Counted from the stretch's first letter, positions 1-10,234 are shown. The stretch is 64,000 bases of DNA from an uncultured delta proteobacterium (GCA_963745025.1 CAVUWD010000014.1:1-64000), one strand, 5' to 3'. Notes: generated by a model not told the origin, from the letters alone. A program made the numbers and translations.

Positions 1-502
1 GTCGTCGCTCGTACTCGGCGCCGCCGAGCCCGCCGTAGGACCGCATCTCGGCGAGCTTGTGCGTCGGGTTGGTCTCGGTGAAGTACTTCTCGAGGATGTA
101 GCCGCGGACGAGGTCGTGGTGATCGGGGAACGCGTCCCATTGGTCGAGATCGCGCGCGAAGATGTTGGCGATCCACATGCGCTGGCGGCCGAGCGCCTCA
201 GCCCACGGCGCACGGTAGGCGGCGCAGTAGACGGCGGCGGCGCCGCACGGGCTCGTGACGCGGTTGTCGACCTGCACCGGCCGCTTCTGTCCGCCCGCGC
301 AGAGGCAGTAGTTGTCGCCGTACGGCCCCTTCAGCTTCGCCTTGCAGAGGGCGAAGTTGGCCTTGAGATCGGCCTGCTGTACCTTGGTGAGCACCGGCGC
401 CTGAAATGCCGCGGCGCCGGCGGCGACGACGAGCGTCGCCACCGCGGCCATCCACACGAGCCCCGACCGGCTCGATCCCCTGGTCCCCGAGTGATCGTTC
501 AC
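1..502 (-). CDS. Secreted protein, N-terminal part only (runs off the window); resembles the N-terminus of large secreted PEP/pyruvate-binding-domain proteins
   Basis: Manual translation from GTG at 502 (AAGGGAG upstream): MNDHSGTRGSSRSGLVWMAAVATLVVAAGAAAFQAP...KGPYGDNYCLC...LVRGYILEKYF...SYGGLGGAEYE; open to the window edge; signal-peptide-like segment. Not in the ORF track because it has no stop. Family call is recalled similarity. Confidence 0.55.
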   Translation of the reverse strand, partial: MNDHSGTRGSSRSGLVWMAAVATLVVAAGAAAFQAPVLTKVQQADLKANFALCKAKLKGPYGDNYCLCAGGQKRPVQVDNRVTSPCGAAAVYCAAYRAPWAEALGRQRMWIANIFARDLDQWDAFPDHHDLVRGYILEKYFTETNPTHKLAEMRSYGGLGGAEYERR

Positions 503-545
503 GGAAGGGCTCCCTTATCCTTCATCGATGCCGAGCAGAACCACG

Positions 546-1563
546 ATGGGCGTTGATCGACTGCGGCAGCTGGGGGTGCTGGCGTCGGTCCTGCTGCTCG
601 GCCTCGCCCGTGCGGACGGGCCCCCGTCGAAGGCCGCCGACTGGCTCGAGACCGTCCGCCCGTCGCCCGAGCTGCAGGCTTTCCTCGATCGCACGATCGA
701 CGGGCTCGAAGCGCACGACGCTCGGCTCCGCGAGGCGGCTGTCCGCGTCGCCGTGCTCGACCTCGCGCACGGCGAGCCGCCGCGGATCGCGGATCATCAC
801 GGCGACGCGCCGATCTACCCCGCGAGCGTCGTCAAGTTCGTCTACCTGATGGCGGCCTATCGCTGGCAGGAGGAGGGCCGGCTGCGGATCGAGGGCGACT
901 TCGACCGCGAGCTCACCGAGATGATCCGCGTGTCGAGCAACGAGGCGACGCAGAAGGTCTTCGCGCGCCTGACCGACACCGAGCCCGGCCCCGAGCTCTC
1001 GGCCGAGGCCTACCGCGACTACCGCGAGCGACGGCAGGCCGTGAAGCGCTGGCTCGCAGACGCTCGGCGTGACGGACCTCCACTGCGTGAACCCGACCTA
1101 CGACGGCGGCGGCGATCTCTACGGCCGCGACGCACAGTTCATCCGCGACGCGAGCGTCGCGGGTGGCCTCGGACGCGGACACGGCGAGGCGCCGAATCGC
1201 CAGGCGATGACCGCGAACGGCACCGCACGACTGCTCGCGCTGCTCGCCACCGACCGCGCGCTCTCGGCGGAGGATTCGGCGACCGTGCGCCGGCGGATGC
1301 GACGCGATCCCGCCGAGCAGCCGCACTTGGTCCATCGCATCGCCGGCGGTGCGTCGCGGCTCCCGGGCCTCGAGATCTACGCGAAGAGCGGCACCTGGGG
1401 ACCGATCTACGCCGACGCCGGCATCGTCCGTCAGGTCGCCTCCGGCCGGCAGGTCGTGATCGCGGTCTTCACGGAGGCGACGCCCATCTACCACGGCGAC
1501 TTCATCGCCGACCTGACCGAGCGCGTCGTGCGACACGTGCTGATCGAACGCGACGGAAGCTGA
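546..1563 (+). CDS. Serine hydrolase, class A beta-lactamase-like; one frameshift near 1055-1070
   Basis: Signal peptide; SxxK (PASVVK) and SSN in the first frame; KSGT in ORF 1069..1563; one extra base breaks [10 protein letters not shown]. Confidence 0.8.
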
Positions 1564-1570
1564 ACGGGGT

Positions 1571-1644
1571 TCAGTCCGGCTCGCGGAGCACGCGCAGGAA
1601 TGCCGCGCCGTAGCGCGCGAGCTTGGCCGGTCCGACGCCGGGTG
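1571..1644 (-). pseudogene. RecQ-type HRDC domain C-terminal remnant
   Basis: [23 protein letters not shown]-stop. Confidence 0.6.
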
Positions 1645-2094
1645 GTCCGGCGCGTGCCGCCGCAGGATGTCCACCGCCGCCAGCGCCTCGAGCGTCGGGA
1701 CGTCGCCGCAGCAGGCCATCACCACGTCGGGCTCGCCCCCCCGGTCGTTGCTCGCCCACTCCCAGATGCCGATGCCGGCCGTGCAGTGCTCGATCGCCTG
1801 CTGCATCGTCAGCCACACCGGCGCGGGCTGCTTGCCGGCGACGATCACGTTCACGTAGTTGCGGCTCCGCAGGCAGTGGTCGGTCACGCTGAGGAGGCAG
1901 TTCGCGTCGGGCGGGAGGTGTACACGCGGATCACGCCGGCCTTCTTGTTGACGACGTGATCGATGAAGCCCGGGTTCCTGGTGGCTGAAGCCGTTGTGGT
2001 CCTGTCGCCAGACGTGAGACGAGAGCAGGTAGTTCAGCGACGCGATCGAGCGGCGCCACGGGATCTGGTGGCAGACCTTCAGCCACTTGGCGTG
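1645..2094 (-). pseudogene. xfp: Phosphoketolase internal fragment, frameshifted
   Basis: HAKWLKV...[21 protein letters not shown]...LPPDANCLL...VIVAGKQP...[19 protein letters not shown]. Confidence 0.9.
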
Positions 2095-2097
2095 CGC

Positions 2098-2228
2098 CCG
2101 GCGAGGAGATCGCGCTGGAAATCCGGCGGGATGTCCAGCGCGAACGTGTCGTCCCCGACGTCCATCCTCGCGTCCATCTCCTGCTGCGTGATGAGCGACG
2201 GCGGCGTGAAGTACGGCAGGTAGAAGGC
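2098..2228 (-). pseudogene. ABC-2 permease (YhhJ-like) internal fragment
   Basis: [43 protein letters not shown]. Confidence 0.65.
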
Positions 2229-2324
2229 GCCCGGGGGATAGCGGGTACAAGGGGCCTGGAAGGGACATAAGCTTCCATCTCGGACGCTGACTGTCGTACG
2301 ATCGGCCCGAGTTTAGCGGATGCG

Positions 2325-2490
2325 AAGCTCGGAGCGCCTGCTCGACGACCCGGGTCGACGGCAGCCCGCGTCCGAGTTCCCATCGGCCCGCGACGTGAAC
2401 GCGTAACGTCCGATCGGCGCCGAGCTCGACGTCGATCTCGGCCCTGTTCGCGGGCCCGTCGGTGCTCCGCTCGGTTGGGGCGTCGCGCAT
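2325..2490 (-). pseudogene. MlaE-family permease N-terminal (STAS-like) fragment
   Basis: MRDAP...[26 protein letters not shown], then similarity is lost. Confidence 0.45.
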
Positions 2491-2516
2491 GCAGACGTTC
2501 ACGATCGCACTCGCGT

Positions 2517-2570
2517 GGCGCGATCGGAGTCATCCATCGGCGCGATCGGAGTCATCCATCGGCGCGATCG
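2517..2570. repeat. 22-bp tandem repeat, about 2.5 copies
   Basis: GGCGCGATCGGAGTCATCCATC at 2517 and 2539, partial copy at 2561. Confidence 0.9.
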
Positions 2571-2750
2571 TACGTGGAGGATCCCGATCGTTCTTATCAA
2601 TACGCGCCAAAAAAACCGTCCGGCGCGATCGTGCAACCGGAAGAGCTTGGGAGGCGGCGAGTGGCGTGAAACGCCAAGAAGAGATGCGAAGAGACAGAGT
2701 ATGAGCGCGACGAACGTCGAACGGTTCGACGGGATCGAAAGGAGAAGCGT

Positions 2751-2894
2751 ATGAAAAGACGGATAGTGGGAATCGCAATGATTGTCGCGCTCGGTCTGTG
2801 CATGAAGATGGCCCGGGCGCAGGACAAGCCCGACGCAACACTCAAATTGAGCGGAGGCTCGATCGGGGCGGGCGTGGGCATCGTTTGGGAATAG
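2751..2894 (+). pseudogene. Truncated secreted protein (DUF1134/EipA-like N-terminus)
   Basis: AAGGAG RBS; MKRRIVGIAMIVALGL...PDATLKLSGGSIGAGVGIVWE-stop. Confidence 0.45.
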
Positions 2895-2914
2895 GGGACG
2901 GAAAAAAGACATCA

Positions 2915-3790
2915 ATGAAGCTCGCTACCTTCACGGATCGGGCCTCGACGAGGATCGGCGTCGTCGTCGGCGACGGCATCGTCGACCTCGCCGCGGCGAC
3001 GCCCGGATTGCCGACCGAGATGACGGCGCTGCTCGCGGCCGGCGCCGATGCGCTGGCCGTGGCGGGACGAGCGGCGGCGTCTCGCGCGCCGCGCCTCGCG
3101 CTCGGCGACGTGACGCTCGAGGCGCCGGTCCTTCGGCCACCGAAGTACCTCGCGATCGGCCTCAACTACGCCGATCACGTCGAGGAATCGGGATTGGACG
3201 CGCCGGCGTTCCCGGTCTTTTTCAACAAGCAGTCCACCTGCGTCGTCGGCACCGGTCGGCCGATCCATCGCCCGCGGGTCTCGGCGCTCCTCGACTACGA
3301 AGGCGAGCTCGCGTTCGTGATCGGCCGGCGCTGTCGGCACGTGCCGCGCGAGCGCGCCGCCGAGGTCATCGCCGGCTATCTCGTGGCGAACGACGTGAGC
3401 GTGCGGGACTGGCAGCTTCGCACCCCGACCATGACGATGGGCAAGTCCTTCGACACGCACGGCCCGCTCGGCCCGTGGCTGGTGACGCCGGACGAGATCG
3501 GCGACCCGCACCGCCTCGAGCTTCGTACCTGGGTGAACGGCGAGCTCCGCCAGCATTCGAACACGAGCCAGCTGATCTACGACTGCTTCGCGCAGGTCGA
3601 GCACCTCTCGACGGCGTTCACGCTCGAGCCAGGCGACGTGGTGACGACCGGCACGCCGAGCGGCGTCGCGGTCGCCATGAAGCCGCCGAGATTTCTCGTG
3701 CCCGGCGACACCGTCAAGGTCGAGATCGAGAAGATCGGCGCGATCGAGAACCGCGTCATCGACGAGCTGGCCGACACCACCCGATTCTAG
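2915..3790 (+). CDS. Fumarylacetoacetate hydrolase family protein
   Basis: IGLNYADH, LDYEGEL, NDVSVRDWQ, GKSFDT, TGTPSGV motifs. Confidence 0.95.
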   Translation: MKLATFTDRASTRIGVVVGDGIVDLAAATPGLPTEMTALLAAGADALAVAGRAAASRAPRLALGDVTLEAPVLRPPKYLAIGLNYADHVEESGLDAPAFPVFFNKQSTCVVGTGRPIHRPRVSALLDYEGELAFVIGRRCRHVPRERAAEVIAGYLVANDVSVRDWQLRTPTMTMGKSFDTHGPLGPWLVTPDEIGDPHRLELRTWVNGELRQHSNTSQLIYDCFAQVEHLSTAFTLEPGDVVTTGTPSGVAVAMKPPRFLVPGDTVKVEIEKIGAIENRVIDELADTTRF

Positions 3791-3800
3791 GAGAACACGC

Positions 3801-4406
3801 ATGCAGACGAACGAGGATCGCAAAGCGAAGCTTGACCCCGCGCGCGGCCGGGTGGCGCCCGTGAAGCTGGCCCACGTCGTGCGCCGGACCTCTCGCTTCC
3901 CCGAGATGGTCGCGTGGTACCGGACGGTCTTCGGCGCGGAGATCGTCCACGCCGACGAGATGCTCGCCTTCCTCACCTACGACGACGAGCACCACCGCTT
4001 CGCGATCGCGGCGATCCCGGGGCTGCCGGACCCGTCGGAACTCGCCGCGGGCACCGATCACGTGGCGTTCACCCACGCCGATCTCGGCGACCTCCTCTAC
4101 ACCTACGCGCGCCTCAAGCGCGAAGGCATCGAGCCCTTCTGGTGCATCAACCACGGGCCGACCACCTCGATGTACTACAAGGACCCCGACGGAAACCGGA
4201 TCGAGCTGCAGGTCGACAACTTCGCGACCGCCGAGGAGGCGAACGCGTGGATGCGGAGCGGCGACTTCGCGCGCAATCCGATCGGCGTCGTGTTCGATCC
4301 CGACGAGCTTTACGCGCGCTATCGCGCCGGAGAGCCGATCGAGACGCTGGTCGCGCGGCCGCCGCTTCCGCAAGGCGTGACGCCGTTCGACATGCTGCGC
4401 CTCTGA
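3801..4406 (+). CDS. VOC family protein (glyoxalase/extradiol dioxygenase-like)
   Basis: KLAHVV, YDDEHHR, DHVAF, NHGPTTSMYYKDPDGNRIELQ; AGGAG RBS. Confidence 0.9.
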   Translation: MQTNEDRKAKLDPARGRVAPVKLAHVVRRTSRFPEMVAWYRTVFGAEIVHADEMLAFLTYDDEHHRFAIAAIPGLPDPSELAAGTDHVAFTHADLGDLLYTYARLKREGIEPFWCINHGPTTSMYYKDPDGNRIELQVDNFATAEEANAWMRSGDFARNPIGVVFDPDELYARYRAGEPIETLVARPPLPQGVTPFDMLRL

Positions 4407-4414
4407 GGCCGCCA

Positions 4415-4522
4415 ATGAGCGAATCGCTGACCCTCTACGACGCCCACGGCTCGCCCTGCGCCCGCCGCGTCCGAGCGGTGCTGTCCGAGAAGGGCCGTGG
4501 ACGACCCGGCTCGTCCACCTGA
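4415..4522 (+). pseudogene. Glutathione S-transferase N-terminal remnant
   Basis: MSESLTLYDAHGSPCARRVRAVLSEKG, then truncated. Confidence 0.7.
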
Positions 4523-4543
4523 CACGCGGACTCTGAGGCTTGC

Positions 4544-6085
4544 ATGAAGCGCTACGACGTCGTCATCGTCGGCTACGGTCCCGTCGGCCAGACGCTCGCC
4601 ATCCTGCTCGCGCAGCGTGGCTGGAACGTGGGCGTCTTCGAAAAGCAGCCCGTTCCCTATCCGCTGCCTCGGGCGGTGCACCTCGACCACGAGGTCGCGC
4701 GCATCCTCCAGGCGGCCGGTCTCGGCGACGACCTCGCGAAGCTGACCGAGCCCGCCGACACCTACGAGTGGCGAAACGCCGCCGGCGAGACGCTGCTCGT
4801 CATCGAGAGCAAAGGCGAGAGTCTCTCCGGCTGGCCGGAAGCCAACATGTTCGCGCAGCCGGATCTCGAGCGCGCCCTCGATCGCCGGGTGCGCGCGCTG
4901 CCGTCCGTCGCCGTCCAGCGCGGCCGCGAGGTCGTCGACATCTCGCGCGGGCCGCACGAGGTCTCACTCGTTGTCGCGGGCGCGGGCGGCGAGCGAGAGG
5001 AGGTCGCGGCGAGCTGGGTCGTCGGCTGCGACGGCGCGAAGAGCTTCGTTCGCGGCCGTCTCGGCGCGACCGTCACCGACCTCGGCTTCTTCTCCGACTG
5101 GCTGATCGTCGACGTGGTGCCGCGCACGCCGCGCGAGTGGACGCCCGTCAACCTGCAGGTCTGCGATCCGGCCCGGCCGACGACGCTCGTGTCGGGCGGC
5201 CCCGGGCGGCGGCGCTGGGAGTTCATGCGCCTTCCTGGCGAATCGATCGCCGAGCTCGATGACGAGAAGACCGCGTGGCGCCTCCTCGAGCCGTGGGGAA
5301 TGACCCCCGAGACCGCGACGCTCGAGCGCCATGCCGTCTACACGTTCCAAGCGCGCTGCGTCGACACGTGGCGCAGCGGCCGACTCCTCATCGCCGGCGA
5401 CGCGGCGCACCAGATGCCTCCGTTCGCCGGCCAGGGAATGTGCGCCGGGATCCGCGACGCCGCCAATCTGGCATGGAAGCTCGATCTCGTGCTGCGCGGG
5501 CGCGCCGACGAGCGAGTGCTCGACACCTACGCCTCGGAGCGCGTGCCGCAGGTCCGACAGGCGATCGACTTCTCGATCGAGCTCGGCAAGGTGATCTGCG
5601 TTCCCGATCCGGCCGCGGCCGCCGCGCGCGACGCGGCAATGACCGCCGCCGTGAAAGCGGGCGGCCCGCCGCCTCCGCTGCCGAAGACCGCGCTCGGTCC
5701 CGGCATCCTCGCGGACGGCGATCCGCTCGCGGGACACCTCTTCCTGCAGAGCCGGGTGCGGCGTGGTGGGGTCGAGGGCCGATTCGACGACGTCGTCGGC
5801 CGCGGCTTCACGCTCGTCGCCTCGGTGGTCGATCCCGTCGCTTGCCTGTCGCCGGACCGCGCCGCGTACTTCGCGTCGCTCGGCGGGATCGGTGCTTACG
5901 TCGGCCGCGGCGCGCCGGTCGAAGATCTGGGCGGGTCCTACGAGCGCTGGTTCGCCGAGCACCACGTGGACGTGGTGCTCCAGCGTCCCGATTTCCACGT
6001 CTTCGGGTGCGCGCGCGACGCCGGCGGCGCCGATCGGCTCGTCGATGCTCTCCGTCTCGCGCTCCGCGGCGGCGGCGCATCGTAG
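4544..6085 (+). CDS. FAD-dependent phenolic hydroxylase, MhpA-like
   Basis: GYGPVG, PRAVHLD, GCDGAKS, GDAAHQMPPFAGQGMCAGIRDAANLAWKL, C-terminal RPD. Confidence 0.9.
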   Translation: MKRYDVVIVGYGPVGQTLAILLAQRGWNVGVFEKQPVPYPLPRAVHLDHEVARILQAAGLGDDLAKLTEPADTYEWRNAAGETLLVIESKGESLSGWPEANMFAQPDLERALDRRVRALPSVAVQRGREVVDISRGPHEVSLVVAGAGGEREEVAASWVVGCDGAKSFVRGRLGATVTDLGFFSDWLIVDVVPRTPREWTPVNLQVCDPARPTTLVSGGPGRRRWEFMRLPGESIAELDDEKTAWRLLEPWGMTPETATLERHAVYTFQARCVDTWRSGRLLIAGDAAHQMPPFAGQGMCAGIRDAANLAWKLDLVLRGRADERVLDTYASERVPQVRQAIDFSIELGKVICVPDPAAAAARDAAMTAAVKAGGPPPPLPKTALGPGILADGDPLAGHLFLQSRVRRGGVEGRFDDVVGRGFTLVASVVDPVACLSPDRAAYFASLGGIGAYVGRGAPVEDLGGSYERWFAEHHVDVVLQRPDFHVFGCARDAGGADRLVDALRLALRGGGAS

Positions 6086-6296
6086 GCGACAGGAGCGGTC
6101 TCCTCGCAGCTTCGGCGCGCCGTCCGCTCGAGCGCCAGTTCACGGATCTTCGCGACCAGGTCGAGGTTGTTCTGGAGGTTCGCGTACTCGTCACTTCTAC
6201 CCCGGATCCACGCCCGCAAGGCACTCCTGGGCATGACCGACCAGCGCATCCTCGTGTTTGACGGGCCGCGGCCCCCGTACTACCAGACCGTGAGTC

Positions 6297-7851
6297 ATGT
6301 CAAGTGCCGACTCGGACGGACAGGCAACGGCCACTGAGGACCGGTACCGGGCATTACTCGCCGTTTCGGAAGCGATCGTCTCGCACCGGGATTTGCCCGC
6401 GCTGTTCCACGAGCTGGCCGGCCGGCTCGTTCAGGTGGTGCACTTCGATGCCCTCTCCCTGGTGCTGCACGAGGCGGCGACCAACACCATGCGCCTGCAC
6501 GTCCTGGAGACCCTGGAACCCGTCTCACCCCGGCCCGTGATCGATCTACGTCCGGAAGACGACCCGGCGGGGTTGGTGTGGCAGACCCAGCAGCCGCTCA
6601 TCACCTCGAACGTGGCCGAGCTGAGGCGCTGGCCGCGGTTGCTGGAACGAGTGCAGCCGTATGGAGTCCAGAGCTACTGCTGGCTGCCGCTGACCACGGC
6701 CCGGCGGCGGCTGGGCACGCTGGTGTTCACGTCCAAGCAGCCGGCGACCTACGACGGATCGGACGTGCACTTCCTGCAGCTCGTCGCCAACCAGGTGGCC
6801 GTGGCCGTCGAGAATGCCCTGGCCTTCGAGGAGATCGAGGCGCTGAGGGACAAGCTCGCCAAGGAGAAGGCGTACCTGGAGGAGGAGGTTCGCACCGAGC
6901 ACGATTTCGGCGACATCGTCGGTGAGAACGCGGCGCTGCGCCCATTCTCAAGCAAGTCGAGACGGTCGCTCCCACCGACTCCACGGTGCTCATCCGCGGG
7001 GAAACCGGCACCGGCAAGGAACTGATCGCCCGAGCCGTGCACGACTTGAGCCCGCGCAAGGACCGCACCTTCGTCAAGCTCAACTGCGCGGCCATTCCCA
7101 CGGGACTGCTCGAGAGCGAGTTGTTCGGCCATGAGAAAGGCGCCTTCACCGGCGCGATCAGCCAGAAGAGTCGGCCGCTTCGAGCTTGCGCATCAGGGGA
7201 CGCTGTTCCTCGATGAGGTCGGCGACATTCCGCTGGAGCTCCAGCCCAAGCTGCTGCGCGTATTGCAGGAGCAGGAGTTCGAGCGCCTCGGCGGCACGAA
7301 GACGATTCGGGTGAACGTGCGCCTCGTGGCCGCCACCAACCGCGACCTGGCGGAGATGATCGCCGACGGCCGCTTCCGCAGCGACCTGTACTATCGGCTG
7401 AACGTCTTCCCGCTCGTGCTGCCGCCGTTGCGTGAGCGCCCGGACGACATCCCGCGTCTGGTCCGCCATTTCACACAGCGCTTCGCCCGTCGCATGGGCC
7501 GGCGGATCGAGACCATCCCGTCGTCGGTCATGGATGCCCTGGTTCGCTACCCCTGGCCGGGCAACGTGCGCGAGCTGCAAAACGTCATCGAGCGCGCGGT
7601 GATCCTCTCCAAGGGCCCGACGCTCCAGGTACCCGTTGCCGACCTGCAGCCGGCGGCTGCGCCGGCCACGGCGCCAACCGCCGCTGCTTCCGCTCACGCT
7701 GGCCGACGCGGAGCGAGAGCACATCCTGCGGGCGCTGCGCGACACCAATTGGGTTCTCGGCGGCCCCAAGGGGGCTGCAGCCCGCCTCGGGATGAAGCGC
7801 TCCACGTTACATTGGAAGATGAAGAAGCTCGGCATCTCCCGTCCCGAATAG
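6297..7851 (+). CDS. FhlA-like sigma54-dependent activator (GAF-AAA+-HTH); three frameshifts (~6940, ~7170, ~7680)
   Basis: GAF domain; [39 protein letters not shown]; [14 protein letters not shown] spread over four ORFs. Confidence 0.9.
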
Positions 7852-7990
7852 CTCGCCAACCTGCCGGCGCAGGTGGCAAACCGCCGGCACTTGGCCGCTG
7901 ACACGCCGTTGCAGGCGTCCACTGCCGTTGGACGCCTAAGTCCTTCACCCTGCGGCTCTTTCGAAACGAACGGCGGCCTATTTCCATCGC

Positions 7991-8006
7991 TGGAACGGTC
8001 GATGCG
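7991..8006 (+). promoter_or_regulatory. Putative sigma54 -24/-12 promoter (variant)
   Basis: TGGAACGGTCGATGCG, GG-N10-GC, directly downstream of a sigma54 activator. Confidence 0.5.
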
Positions 8007-8102
8007 TTCTCTGTGCTGCGAGGCGAACAGCCGCGAGATCGCCGGTCCAAGAAGCACACGAGTCGGCGATTCGCGGTCTCAGAGCCAAAGCCGGGCGTAT
8101 CG

Positions 8103-8378
8103 ATGTTGCGAATCACAGTGGAGGGTCACGCGCGGGTTCTCACCTTGCGGCTGGAAGGAAGATTGGAAGGGCCATGGGTGCCGGAAGTCGAACGGTGCTG
8201 GCGCACCATGTTGGACGCCGTGAACGAGCCAACGATCACCATCGACCTCACGGACGTAACGTACATCGATGCCGCGGGGAGGGCCCAGTTGGCGGAGATG
8301 CACGAGCAAGGGGCCCGGTTCATCGCCGGGGACTGCATGACGAAGGCCGTCGTGGCGGAGATTGTCGGAGATGAGTAA
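8103..8378 (+). CDS. Small STAS-domain protein, copy 1
   Basis: MLRIT...LRLEGRLEGPWVPE...IDLTDVTYIDAAG. Confidence 0.85.
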   Translation: MLRITVEGHARVLTLRLEGRLEGPWVPEVERCWRTMLDAVNEPTITIDLTDVTYIDAAGRAQLAEMHEQGARFIAGDCMTKAVVAEIVGDE

Positions 8379-8473
8379 CGCCTCAGGCATGATTTCCACA
8401 CCCAGCGCGGCGCTGTTCGCCTACGCACTCGCACGCTTCCGCGCCACGATCGGAACGATGGTGTGAGGCTCGC

Positions 8474-10234
8474 GTGACGGAGCCGAGCCACGACCCGTCC
8501 GGCGCCTCCGGCTGGCGGCAGGTGCTGCCGATCGTGCGCGTCTTCGCTGACCGCCGCGGCGAATCGCTCCGCGGCGACGTCATCGGCGGCATCAGCGCCT
8601 GCATCGTGATGATCCCGTCGGTCGTCGCCTACGCCGACCTCGCCGGTCTTCCGCCGGCCCACGGGCTCTACGCGGCGCTCGCCGGGATGCTCGGATACGC
8701 GGCGTTCGCGAGTTCGCGGCAGGTCATCGCCGGGCCGGACGCGGCGATCACGCTGCTCGTCGCGAGCGCCGTCGGGCCGCTCGCGGGCGGCGACCCGGCG
8801 CGTACCGCCCTGCTCTGCGCCGCGACGGCGCTGATCGGCGGGACGATCATGCTCGTCGCTGCGCGGCTCCGCCTCGGCATGATCGCCGACTTCCTCTCGA
8901 AGCCCGTGCTCGTCGGCTACATGACGGGGGCCGCGCTGATCCTCGTCTCCACGCAGCTCGAAAAGCTCTTCGGCGTGAAGCTCCACGAGCACGACTTCTT
9001 TCCGCTGCTCGCCGAGCTCGCCGGCAAGCTGTCGGAGACGCACCGACTGACCTTCGCGCTCGGGATCGGATGCCTCGCGGTGCTCGGCGTCCTCCACCGG
9101 GTCGCGCCCCGGCTGCCGGGCGCGCTCGTGGTCTTCGCCCTCGCCATCGCGGTGTCGGCGGCCTTCGGTCTCGACGCGCTCGGCGTCAAGGTCGTCGGGG
9201 ACGTGCCGAGCGGACTGCCGCACCTGGTGCTCCCCGTGATCTCGCGCGCCGACCTCCGCGATCTGTTTCCCGGGGCGATCGGCATCGCACTGCTGACGTT
9301 TCCGGACGGGATCCTCCTCGCGCGGGCGTTCGCGAACAAGAACGGCTACGACGTCCAGCCGGAGCACGAGCTCCGCGCGCTCGCGGCGGCGAATCTGGCG
9401 GCCGGCCTCTTCCAGGGCTTTCCCGTCGGCGCGAGCCAATCGCGCACGACGGTGAACGACGCCGCCGGCGGCCGGACGCAGCTCGCGAGCCTCGTCGCGA
9501 CGGCCGCCTTGGTGCCGTTCCTGCTGCTGCTCACCCCGCTCCTGAGCCTGCTCCCCATGGTGGCGCTCGGGGCGATCGTCGTCTTCGCGGGCGCGCAGCT
9601 CGTCGACATCGACGAGTACGCTCGGCTCTACCGCATCGCGCCGCTCAGCTTCGTCAACGCGCTGCTCGTCACGCTCGGCGTGCTGGTCATCGGCGTCGTG
9701 CCCGGGATCGTCGTCGGCGTCATGCTGTCGCTGATCGTGCTCCTCGGTCGTCTCGCGCGGCCGCCGGACGCCGTCCTGCAGCGGCTGCCGGGGACCGCAA
9801 GCTTCCACGACGTCGGCGACGACTCGGCGACGGAGACCGTGCCCGGGCTGATCGCCTACCGATTCTACGCGCCGCTCGTGTTCGCCAACGCCGACCACTT
9901 CATGCAGCGCGTGCGCGCGTTGGTCGCCGCGCGCCGCGGCCGGGTCCGGTGCGTGGTGGTCGACGTCCAGGCGGTGACCGAGATCGACGTGACGGCCGCG
10001 GAGATGCTGCAACGGCTCGGCGCCGAGCTCGCGGCCGAAGGCATCGCGCTCAAGTTCGCGCGGGCGAATCGGCCGCTCCGCGTGCAGGTCGAACGGCTCG
10101 GCCTCGGCGAACACCTCGACCGGAGTACCCTGTTTCCGTCCGTGCACGCCGCGATCGAGGCGTTTCTCCGCGAGCCGAGCGGCGCCGCGCCCGCGGACGT
10201 CGCCGCGGTGGCGGCGCGCCAGGACGTCCGCTGA
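8474..10234 (+). CDS. SulP family inorganic anion transporter with C-terminal STAS
   Basis: DVIGGIS...AYADLAGLP..GLY, GPDAA, ASQSRT, RFYAPLVFANA, DVTAAEML. Confidence 0.95.
   Translation: MTEPSHDPSGASGWRQVLPIVRVFADRRGESLRGDVIGGISACIVMIPSVVAYADLAGLPPAHGLYAALAGMLGYAAFASSRQVIAGPDAAITLLVASAVGPLAGGDPARTALLCAATALIGGTIMLVAARLRLGMIADFLSKPVLVGYMTGAALILVSTQLEKLFGVKLHEHDFFPLLAELAGKLSETHRLTFALGIGCLAVLGVLHRVAPRLPGALVVFALAIAVSAAFGLDALGVKVVGDVPSGLPHLVLPVISRADLRDLFPGAIGIALLTFPDGILLARAFANKNGYDVQPEHELRALAAANLAAGLFQGFPVGASQSRTTVNDAAGGRTQLASLVATAALVPFLLLLTPLLSLLPMVALGAIVVFAGAQLVDIDEYARLYRIAPLSFVNALLVTLGVLVIGVVPGIVVGVMLSLIVLLGRLARPPDAVLQRLPGTASFHDVGDDSATETVPGLIAYRFYAPLVFANADHFMQRVRALVAARRGRVRCVVVDVQAVTEIDVTAAEMLQRLGAELAAEGIALKFARANRPLRVQVERLGLGEHLDRSTLFPSVHAAIEAFLREPSGAAPADVAAVAARQDVR

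Larger units (their letters stand above)
7848..8387 (+). repeat. ~540-bp direct repeat, copy 1 (promoter plus STAS gene)
   Basis: Near-identical to 15762..16299. Confidence 0.95.

Noticed and set aside
546-1563. Bona fide antibiotic-resistance beta-lactamase
   Set aside because: Has SxxK/SxN/KxG but no recognisable omega-loop ExxLN; only family-level similarity is supportable
913-2502. 529-aa minus-strand ORF as a real fusion protein
   Set aside because: It threads through unrelated gene fragments in changing frames and the antisense of the serine hydrolase; a high-GC open-frame artefact
2517-2570. 22-bp repeats as a CRISPR array
   Set aside because: Copies are contiguous with no spacers, and no cas genes are in the window
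6125-6195. Aldo-keto reductase fragment (NLQNNLDLVAKIRELA) on the minus strand
   Set aside because: Too short to call with confidence
6930-7690. Programmed ribosomal frameshifting in the FhlA-like gene
   Set aside because: Three separate shifts with no slippery heptamers; error or decay is more parsimonious
8126-10147. Long antisense ORFs (also 11420..13162, 23616..25424, 28078..29760, 41094..42908, 53926..55470)
   Set aside because: Shadows of well-supported genes on the opposite strand, with no motifs of their own
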